Source of the DNA: an uncultured Alphaproteobacteria bacterium
Lineage (GTDB): Bacteria; Pseudomonadota; Alphaproteobacteria; Rs-D84
Direction of reading: 5' to 3'
Assembly: GCA_947646585.1 (NCBI GenBank)
Contig: CANSHD010000001.1
Coordinates: 313,210-377,209 of the forward strand
DNA: 64,000 nt
Shown: positions 9,570 to 17,294 of the stretch, in pieces
Layout of the letters: the number at the start of each line of letters is the position of its first letter
Numbering within the stretch: the first letter of the stretch is position 1
The notes under the pieces: generated by a model
Told to the model about the DNA's origin: nothing
The model's input: only the letters and a program-made list of their open reading frames with translations
Databases searched by the model: none
Program-made: the position numbers and the translations under genes

Positions 9570-10042
9570 AAATGAAAAAGATAATATCCTCGTTTGTTTT
9601 GTGTGCCGCAATATGCGCCGGTGCGCACGGGGCGACGGCAACCGCGCCCGCACCGCGCATCAGCATTTTTTCCACCAGCACCGACTGGGAGGCTGTAACG
9701 GGCCTGTCGCTGCATGAATATCGCGGCAAGTTTAAATATTCCGACAACAACAAGCTGGTTGGTCGTGGTCTTGTTTTATATTATCTGGACGGTTTCCCAT
9801 GCTATGGCTTGGGCGAAGGGGTTCGCGTATGGCTGGGGGCGCGCGGTGCCCACGACGGCGAATTGCGCATTGCATGCGTCCATGCCCCGACCGAGATACG
9901 GTTTGCCTGGCGCAATGCGACCCGCGACGCGGACCAGGCCGTGACCGAGGGGATTTTAACATGTCCCGTGACCGGCGACCGTGAATTTACAATTGATTTG
10001 TCCCGCTGTACGCGCGGACCTGATTGGGATAGTTACAAATAA
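9566..10042 (+). CDS. Small secreted protein with a signal peptide and six Cys.
   Basis: Signal peptide 'MKMKKIISSFVLCAAICAGAHG'. ATGA overlap with the upstream gene. No recognisable family. Confidence 0.45.
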   Translation: MKMKKIISSFVLCAAICAGAHGATATAPAPRISIFSTSTDWEAVTGLSLHEYRGKFKYSDNNKLVGRGLVLYYLDGFPCYGLGEGVRVWLGARGAHDGELRIACVHAPTEIRFAWRNATRDADQAVTEGILTCPVTGDREFTIDLSRCTRGPDWDSYK

Positions 10043-11007
10043 TGACACAGTTGCGAGATTTTGTTGTTGATGAATCCGGCGCCGGCGTACGCCTGGACAA
10101 GTTTTTGGCAACCCAAATGCCGGAGTTTTCACGCGCCCAGATTCAGGGTTTTCCGGCATGTGTCGGCGGCCGCCCGGCCAAGGGTGCGACGCGCCTGCGC
10201 GCCGGCGACGCGGTGTCGGTTGAAATTGCGGACAATGACCGCCCCGGCGACGTGGCGGCCGACAATATATCGCGCGACTTTGATTTGGACATTTTGTTCG
10301 AAGACGACGACATCATCGTTGTGAACAAGCCGCGCGGGGTTGTAATGTACCCGTCGGCGGGAAACAAGACCGGAACACTGGTTCAGAATATTTTGGCGCA
10401 CACGCATTTGTCGGCGCTGGGCGGGACGACGCGTCCCGGCGTTGTTCACCGCCTGGACAAGGATACCAGCGGCGTCATGGTCTTTGCAAAATCAGACGCG
10501 GCGTTCCGCGGATTGGTTCGGATATTTTCGGCGCACGATTTGACACGCAAATATGTCGCGTTCGTATGGGGAATTCCGAACTGGACCGGTGCGGACATAA
10601 CGGGAAATATCGCGCGCTCGTCCCGCAACCGCCAAAAAATGAGCATGGTAAAGACCGGCGGCCGCCCGGCCCAGACGATTGTGAACGTGATGGATGTCTG
10701 GACGCGCGTCGGCGTTTCGGCGTTTCGCTGTACCTTGATGACGGGCCGCACGCACCAGATACGCGTCCACCTGTCGGCGCATGGATTCCCGGTCTTGTGC
10801 GACCCGGTCTATGGCCGCGGCTCTGCAAGACTCGGCAGTGTTCGAAACCCCGAATTGCTGGACTTTATAAAAACGCACAACGGCCAGATGCTGCATGCCG
10901 AGGTGTTGGAGTTCACGCACCCCGTGACCGGCGCCGCCATGCATTTCCGTGCGCCACTCCCGGGCGACATGAGTGAGCTGCGCTGCATACTTGACGATAC
11001 TGAATAA
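10042..11007 (+). CDS. rluD: RluA-family 23S rRNA pseudouridine synthase, RluD-like.
   Basis: Catalytic motif 'HRLDKDTSGVMVFAKSD'. N-terminal S4-like region. The length matches RluD. Confidence 0.7.
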   Translation: MTQLRDFVVDESGAGVRLDKFLATQMPEFSRAQIQGFPACVGGRPAKGATRLRAGDAVSVEIADNDRPGDVAADNISRDFDLDILFEDDDIIVVNKPRGVVMYPSAGNKTGTLVQNILAHTHLSALGGTTRPGVVHRLDKDTSGVMVFAKSDAAFRGLVRIFSAHDLTRKYVAFVWGIPNWTGADITGNIARSSRNRQKMSMVKTGGRPAQTIVNVMDVWTRVGVSAFRCTLMTGRTHQIRVHLSAHGFPVLCDPVYGRGSARLGSVRNPELLDFIKTHNGQMLHAEVLEFTHPVTGAAMHFRAPLPGDMSELRCILDDTE

Positions 11008-11088
11008 AACCGCCGCTCCGTATGATTATTTTATTTGTCTGAAATTCTTTTTATGATATAATAAAATATAAAAGATGGAGCGAGCAGA

Positions 11089-14000
11089 ATGAGTCTCTTT
11101 AAAAAATCAATTGGTTTTCTGGCTGTTTTGACGGCATTTCCGGCGTCATATGCATTGACGGCACGGCCCAGTGTCATCGGTACCGCGTCGGCGCGTATGC
11201 CCACAATGACGGCGTTGATTACAAACACCGGCACGTCCGGCACGGGGTCGACCACAACATCAACATTGCTGGCAAACGCCGAATGCATTGATGCATACAC
11301 GTCGTGTATGAAGGGTGGCGACGCCTGTGGTTCTGATTTTGAAGAGTGCACGAACAAGGTTCTGTTCCACGGCAAAATGCCTCAGTGTCTGTCCACTTTG
11401 GCTCAGTGCAGCACGGCCGGCGTGACCAGCCTGTTCGGTACCGGCACGGTAACGGCGTTGTCCACCGTCGCGACCAAGAACAGCTATGGCGAGGTGACGG
11501 ATTACACATACCCCACCGACGGCAGTGTTCTGGGCCAGTTGATTACCGGTGCGGCGATATCGAACAAATATGACACGTCCACCTGTGTAAAGCGCTATAC
11601 GTCATGCTTAAAGAAAGACAGTGTCTGCGGCAATGATTTTGAACTTTGCACAACCGACAAAGAATTTAGAAAACAGCGCGTATTCTGCGATTCCACTTTG
11701 GCCCGCTGCCAGTCTGAGGGCTTGATTGAACTGTTCGGCAGCGCCAACACATCGACCACGCCCGCCGCAGCCAGCCGCATTGGCGAAATGATTGCCGAAG
11801 GCGCGGCATTGGCGGCTGTAAACGCGGTATCCACATGCTACAAGGTTGTGGACCAGTGTATCTTGAACGCATGTGCGACGAACCCGTACAAGTGCTTTGA
11901 AAACAGCACGAACGCCACCGTAAGTTTGGTTGAGGCCATCAACACCGGCGTCGCCACGGCGGAAAACACGGCCGCATCCACAATTGCGAACGTTACATCC
12001 GGCATGGATATCGTAACGAAATCCAACGTTGCGTCTTATATCAAGAACAGCTGTCTGGACACAATCGGCTCCAACAAATACTGCTATGCCACGTTTATCG
12101 GCAACGGCCAGATGCCGACCGCGTCCCAGCTGAAAGACGAAGACAACCAGGAAGAAATCTATGACGAGGCGTATGCCGCCCGCATGAGCAGCGCCATGAA
12201 GGCCAAGATTTCCGATTTGGTCGATCAGTTTGACACCAAGGCAAAGCAAAAGTGCACCGAAACAATCAAGACATGCGTAATGCGCGTCTGCGGTTCCGGA
12301 TCCGGGGCGGCCTGCTATTCCCAGGTGTTCGGCAATCGTGACAAGTCCATCAACAACAGCGTGACATATCCGGAACTGCAGACCGGCTGTGCGGCGGTTG
12401 TCAACACGGATGCATATTGTAAGTATGCCGCGGCAAATCCGAATACAACCGGCGGTTATACATATTCTTATATAAACAACGATGCGTTCAGCATTCTGTT
12501 CCCGGAATATGAATCCGGCGGCAACGACCCGATTGGCGTTATCTCCGCGTTGAACGCGACGCTGGCCAACAGCTACAGCGACGCGGCCATCGCCACGATG
12601 AAGCGCCAGTGCCAGGCGGTCGCGACATCCTGCGTCAAATCCATGTGCGGCACGGATTACCAGAACTGCTATCGCAACCGTACGGACGTTTATTCTTCTT
12701 TGACCAACACCGGCGATTCGTCGTTTGACAAATCAATGAACAAGGTTGGCGGCGTTCTGGATTACACAATCGTTTTGGGCCTATGCCTGGATACGGTTAA
12801 ATCCGCCTCTGTCTGCGAAGAACATTTGGCGATTGAACGCAACAAGCTGAAAATTGCAAACAATTCCAAGGCCTCTGTCTGGGGCGGTGCGAACAGTTCG
12901 CGCGAAGGTTGGATTGACGCCGGCTCTGCCACGGCCGTGACAGCAACCAGCGAACAGGTTGCGGCAACCGACGAAAACGGTAACGCTTTGTGCACAAACA
13001 AAAACGGCACACAGCAGGGCGTCTGCTACAGCGCCGACTGCGAGGGTGGCTGTACCGAACCCGTATATATCTCATATACGACATATGTTGAATCACAGGC
13101 GGCGTCGACCCTGTTCAAGGATTTGATTTACGACCTTGAAAAAGAGGCTCAGGCGAAATATAACGCGAAATTAACGAAGCAGCAGAATATGTGCATGTCT
13201 TCGAACCAGGGCGGCGTTATGGGCAACCGCGACATGGGCAGCACGTTCCTGTGGGTAAAGCTGAAGTCCAGCACGGTGCCAAAGGCATACCCGGTATCGG
13301 GCCTGAAGCCGTCGCAGTTCGCGGCCAGCAACGACCTGTACGGTTCATTCTGCCGTGTCCGCATAACACTGCAGTCCGATGACAAAAAGATTCAGGACGT
13401 TATCGCCAAGGGTACCGATTGGGCCACGGCATATTTCGCGGCGGGTGATACGTTTACCTGCGGCTCCTGGATTCCGGAAAAAGCGTTGACCCAGCTGGCC
13501 GATGCGGTTGCAAAAGACGCCCGCGCGGACGAGGCCCAGGGCAACGGCAGAACCAGGGCTTGGATGGCTGTTCTGGGAACAGTCGCCGGCGGTGCATTGG
13601 TTGGTGTCGCAACCAACAAGATGCAGGACGGCGCATTCCTGGGCGGACTTTTGGGAACCACCGGCAGCAATACCGGCGACACACAGACAACTGTTGATAA
13701 CTGTGTAACGGCGGCGACATATTATACCGGCTCCAAAGACGCCAATGACCGTTCCTCGTATTTGGCGCGTGCGGTAAAGAATGCCCGTACATTGGGTGTT
13801 GACTCTACAATAATAAGCCAGTTGAACGAAGCGCATCTGGCATATTCGGATATTGCCGGCACAACCGCACCTGCCGTGACAGAAGCGGACCGCCAAGTTC
13901 AAAAGAGCGCAACGTTTATTTCACAAGGTAGCCGTGTCCCCGATGAGACCATGTCAAATACTATTAGACAAAATTTGGGGCTAGAAACATATACAAGCGT

Positions 14001-14589
14001 TTCTTTAACAGGTGTATCTTGTGAATTCAATTGCACTGCATTCACAAACGGTAGATATACAGGTCAACGTTTTGATATTTGTGGTGACAAAACAGGGCCG
14101 GGTTGGTATCAGATAACATCATTGGCCGACTGTCAGAACACCAGTGACCAAGATATACGCAATCCGCAATATACATACACTGTATATTATGAAGATGCAG
14201 ATGCGAAAAGATACAACGACACTTTGGCGACAAGTCGTAGCGAAGCGGCGAGCTATCCGTCGAAAATTGAGGAAAAGCGCCAGGCAGCTAATACTGCGAT
14301 GAACAGATTGTCCACGGCATGCCAGGAAAAAGCGCCGAACGATGATGCGAAAAAGAAAGAAGCGCAAAAGCGTTCCATCACAACGGCCGTTAGTGCGGGT
14401 GTTGGTGCGATTGCGGGCGGTGTGCTGGCGTATCAGGCGACCAAGAGCATCCAGAATTCCAAACTGGACAGCGTTGAAAAAGCCGCCTATGACGAATGGA
14501 TGAACGAAGTCGGTAATCATATCCGTTGCTTTGTCGGTGGCGACGAGGTAGGTATGTACGGCGATATCATCAGCACGTCGATGGAGTAA
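11089..14589 (+). CDS. Large secreted cysteine-rich repeat protein, 1166 aa, with a possible C-terminal membrane anchor.
   Basis: Signal peptide 'MSLFKKSIGFLAVLTAFPASYA'. Two roughly 52 aa internal repeats (CIDAYTSCMKGGDACGSDFEEC… and CVKRYTSCLKKDSVCGNDFELC…). Many C-x5-6-C-x4-5-C modules. Hydrophobic segment 'ITTAVSAGVGAIAGGVLAY' near the C-terminus. Confidence 0.7.
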   Translation: MSLFKKSIGFLAVLTAFPASYALTARPSVIGTASARMPTMTALITNTGTSGTGSTTTSTLLANAECIDAYTSCMKGGDACGSDFEECTNKVLFHGKMPQCLSTLAQCSTAGVTSLFGTGTVTALSTVATKNSYGEVTDYTYPTDGSVLGQLITGAAISNKYDTSTCVKRYTSCLKKDSVCGNDFELCTTDKEFRKQRVFCDSTLARCQSEGLIELFGSANTSTTPAAASRIGEMIAEGAALAAVNAVSTCYKVVDQCILNACATNPYKCFENSTNATVSLVEAINTGVATAENTAASTIANVTSGMDIVTKSNVASYIKNSCLDTIGSNKYCYATFIGNGQMPTASQLKDEDNQEEIYDEAYAARMSSAMKAKISDLVDQFDTKAKQKCTETIKTCVMRVCGSGSGAACYSQVFGNRDKSINNSVTYPELQTGCAAVVNTDAYCKYAAANPNTTGGYTYSYINNDAFSILFPEYESGGNDPIGVISALNATLANSYSDAAIATMKRQCQAVATSCVKSMCGTDYQNCYRNRTDVYSSLTNTGDSSFDKSMNKVGGVLDYTIVLGLCLDTVKSASVCEEHLAIERNKLKIANNSKASVWGGANSSREGWIDAGSATAVTATSEQVAATDENGNALCTNKNGTQQGVCYSADCEGGCTEPVYISYTTYVESQAASTLFKDLIYDLEKEAQAKYNAKLTKQQNMCMSSNQGGVMGNRDMGSTFLWVKLKSSTVPKAYPVSGLKPSQFAASNDLYGSFCRVRITLQSDDKKIQDVIAKGTDWATAYFAAGDTFTCGSWIPEKALTQLADAVAKDARADEAQGNGRTRAWMAVLGTVAGGALVGVATNKMQDGAFLGGLLGTTGSNTGDTQTTVDNCVTAATYYTGSKDANDRSSYLARAVKNARTLGVDSTIISQLNEAHLAYSDIAGTTAPAVTEADRQVQKSATFISQGSRVPDETMSNTIRQNLGLETYTSVSLTGVSCEFNCTAFTNGRYTGQRFDICGDKTGPGWYQITSLADCQNTSDQDIRNPQYTYTVYYEDADAKRYNDTLATSRSEAASYPSKIEEKRQAANTAMNRLSTACQEKAPNDDAKKKEAQKRSITTAVSAGVGAIAGGVLAYQATKSIQNSKLDSVEKAAYDEWMNEVGNHIRCFVGGDEVGMYGDIISTSME

Positions 14590-14604
14590 GCCACAATAAA
14601 CCAA

Positions 14605-14636
14605 AAACGCCCCATAATGGGGCGTTTTTATTTGAC
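14605..14636 (+). terminator. Rho-independent terminator after the Cys-rich gene.
   Basis: 'acgcccca-taat-ggggcgt' hairpin followed by a T-run. Confidence 0.7.
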
Positions 14637-14653
14637 CGGATTACACACCCCCC

Positions 14654-15037
14654 TGTCATTGCGAGGAGGCGCTTGCGCCGACGCGGCAATCCAGAATAAA
14701 GCGGCAACGTTCATCAATTTACTGGACCGCCACGCTTATCACCCACAAAAATTTTCAATTTTTGCGGGGCCCGATGACGCTCGCGGTGACAACGAGTCTT
14801 AATTTTGCACTTTGTACCCAGTGTCATTGCGAGCCCGCAGGGCGTGGCAATCCAGAAAGGAGGAGGTAATGTTCATTAATTAACCGGATTGCTTCGCTAA
14901 CGCTCGCAATGACAATGATTCAAGTACGACCAAGTGTCGCTCGGCCAATGGCCTGCGCGTATCCTCGTAGTTGCTCGAACAAATTCTCGCATACTCGGAT
15001 TCATTGCGGGGAGGCGTATGCCGACACGGCAATCCAG
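14654..15037. repeat. Cluster of at least three copies of a MITE/REP-like inverted-repeat element (locus 1).
   Basis: Units carrying 'TGTCATTGCGAG…GCCGACG(C/T)GGCAATCCAGAA' and inverted partners 'CTCGCAATGACA' or 'GGATTGC'. The same family recurs at 24562–24777 and 30282–30432. Confidence 0.75.
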
Positions 15038-15049
15038 ATGTAATATATG

Positions 15050-15331
15050 TTATCTTGTCACCGTACGCAGAGCCTGCATCGCAGCACTAGTGTATTTCAA
15101 TTGATTTTTGGCGTCATAATACGCGCCGTATGCGTCGATAAATGCGTTGATGGTTGCTGTGCCACCGCTGGGCCATATGGCGTATCCCGTCGCCAGTTCC
15201 ATTAACAAACATGTGCCGGCCACCGGTCGCCATTGCAGCGGCAGGTCGATGAAATTGTCATATCCGTGGCGCACCGCCACGCGACGGCATTCCGTGATAA
15301 GAGATTCCAGTACTTGGTTGCTTATTTTCAT
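15050..15331 (-). CDS. Hypothetical small protein, 93 aa, translationally coupled to rlmN.
   Basis: Its ATG overlaps the rlmN TGA in an ATGA arrangement. Coding-like codon bias. No recognised domain. Confidence 0.4.
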   Translation of the reverse strand: MKISNQVLESLITECRRVAVRHGYDNFIDLPLQWRPVAGTCLLMELATGYAIWPSGGTATINAFIDAYGAYYDAKNQLKYTSAAMQALRTVTR

Positions 15332-16437
15332 TTTTCGTTCTTTTTTGCGTTGTTCAATCGCAGCTGGCCGCATGCACTGCCGATGTCCGTGCCGCGTTCG
15401 CGACGAATGCGCGTGTGGATGCCACGGCGGATAAGTGTGTCTTGGAAACGATGAACCGCGTTGCCAGAGGGGGATGCGAAATCACGCTCGTCAACCGCGT
15501 TCCACGGTATTAAATTTACCATGCAATTTTTGCCATGCAACAGCGTTGCCAGTTTTTCCGCATGCTCTTCCGTCGCGTTGTATAATTCCGTCTCTCCGTC
15601 CGAATTTTTACGCCCCAGCAGTATGTATTCAATCATCAACTGGCGGTTGTGCAGATTTGTAAAATCATCGGCCGCGGCCAGAACCTCGCCCAGCTTGTAT
15701 TTATTGTTAATCGGCATGATTTGCCCGCGCAGTTCGTCTGTCGGCGCATGCAGCGATATCGCCAAGTTTATCGGCCGCCCCCATTCAATCAGACGGCGAA
15801 TTCCGGGCACAATTCCGCATGTGGAAACCGTAATACGGCGCCACCCGATGCCCAAATCCTTGTTAGCGCGTTCTATAAAATCAATAACGTTTTCGGTGTT
15901 CTGCAGCGGTTCGCCCGTGCCCATGATAACAATGTGAGACACATCGCCGTTATTTGCGTCACCGTTTGGCCGCACGTTTGTTTTGTCCGCCCGATTGCGG
16001 CGCAGTTCCCATTGTGCAACCAACACCTGGGCGAATATTTCGTTTGCGGTTAAATTCCGTTTCAGCCCCAGCAGCGTGCTGGCACAGAATCGGCAACCCA
16101 TGGCGCATCCAGCCTGAGAGCTCACACACACGCTGTTTCCATATGTCGTTCGCATTAAAACGCATTCAATCTGCTCGCCGTCCTGCATTTCCAATAAAAA
16201 CTTGGTTGTTTCGCCGTCGCCGGAATCCAGCCGCCGCACAATCTTGCACGGCAATGTCTGGGCCGCGTCGTCCAAATCACGCCGCAATGTTTCCGGCAGG
16301 TTCTTCATCGAGGCAAAGTCCGGCGCTCCGCGCCCCAGCCATTCACGAATTTGCGTCGCACGAAACTTAGGCAGGCCGCGCGCCGTTACAAATTCGGAGA
16401 GCTCTGCGTCTGTAAAATTGAATAAAACGGGTTTCAT
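15328..16437 (-). CDS. rlmN: Radical-SAM 23S rRNA (A2503 C2) and tRNA methyltransferase RlmN.
   Basis: 'CAMGCRFCAST' is a CxxxCxxC radical-SAM cluster. 'MGTGEPL' and the C-terminal 'GSACGQL' are typical of RlmN/Cfr. Confidence 0.85.
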   Translation of the reverse strand: MKPVLFNFTDAELSEFVTARGLPKFRATQIREWLGRGAPDFASMKNLPETLRRDLDDAAQTLPCKIVRRLDSGDGETTKFLLEMQDGEQIECVLMRTTYGNSVCVSSQAGCAMGCRFCASTLLGLKRNLTANEIFAQVLVAQWELRRNRADKTNVRPNGDANNGDVSHIVIMGTGEPLQNTENVIDFIERANKDLGIGWRRITVSTCGIVPGIRRLIEWGRPINLAISLHAPTDELRGQIMPINNKYKLGEVLAAADDFTNLHNRQLMIEYILLGRKNSDGETELYNATEEHAEKLATLLHGKNCMVNLIPWNAVDERDFASPSGNAVHRFQDTLIRRGIHTRIRRERGTDIGSACGQLRLNNAKKNEK

Positions 16438-17258
16438 AATTTGTACCTGTCGTCATTGATGACAATAACCGCCTTGCGGCGCAGCTGCTTTAACTGCTGG
16501 TCTGCGATAAACATGGCCTGCTTGAACATAGCGTTCTGTTTGATAATTTTGTCCAGGTCGCCGTATTCTTTTGTCTTTTTCGTATCGCATACCAACAGAA
16601 CGGACCCGTCGACGCGCGGCGACCATGTTAATTTTGGCAGGCCGGCCACGCGGCCACGAATGTCGGCGGACAGTTCGTACTGCAGCGCGGTGAATTTCTG
16701 GGGGGCGCCGCCTAATTTTTCCGCCATTTCCATCGCCGCGTCACAGCTTTTTGGTTTTGTTAATTTTTTTGCCTCTGTCTCGGGAATGTCTATTAAACGT
16801 ACAATCGTCATTTCAATAGGCAGGCCATGCTCGCGCGCCAGTGCCGTGCGCTCGGCCGCGATATCTTCGTCGTTTGCGGATATCGTCGGCAGTATCGTGC
16901 GCGCAACAACAATCTGCCATGCGATTTCCGCGCGCGCTGCATTCATTGCCATTTCGCGTTCTGATGCACTTAGGTCGCCCAGATTCATGCGCTTTAATTC
17001 TTTCTTTACATCATCGTCCGACGGCACGGCGTTAAAGTTCTTTGCATAGTTTAATTTTATGTTGTCGTCAATAATGCTCTGCAGGGCGACGCGGCGATTG
17101 TCTGTTGCGGTGTTGCCCTGGCGTGCCATTAACTTTACACGTGCGGTAATGTCGGTGTCTGTAATCGGCTCGCCCCCGACCGACGCGACGACCGTGGCTG
17201 CATTGGCACCTGTTACGGATGCAATCAGCATCAATACTGCACAGATTTTTTTCAACAT
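16434..17258 (-). CDS. SurA N-terminal-domain periplasmic chaperone. No PPIase domains.
   Basis: Signal peptide 'MLKKICAVLMLIASVTGANA'. Lies immediately downstream of lptD, as in lptD-surA operons. 274 aa, helical chaperone-like composition. Confidence 0.5.
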   Translation of the reverse strand: MLKKICAVLMLIASVTGANAATVVASVGGEPITDTDITARVKLMARQGNTATDNRRVALQSIIDDNIKLNYAKNFNAVPSDDDVKKELKRMNLGDLSASEREMAMNAARAEIAWQIVVARTILPTISANDEDIAAERTALAREHGLPIEMTIVRLIDIPETEAKKLTKPKSCDAAMEMAEKLGGAPQKFTALQYELSADIRGRVAGLPKLTWSPRVDGSVLLVCDTKKTKEYGDLDKIIKQNAMFKQAMFIADQQLKQLRRKAVIVINDDRYKL

Positions 17259-17294
17259 TTTTGTCCTCTCTTCTTTCCTTATTTTTTTTTGTCT

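Noticed and set aside
14654-15037. Possibility that the repeat clusters are CRISPR arrays.
   Set aside because: Units are imperfect inverted repeats of variable length without regularly spaced unique spacers. No cas genes were found. The pattern fits MITE/REP-like elements.
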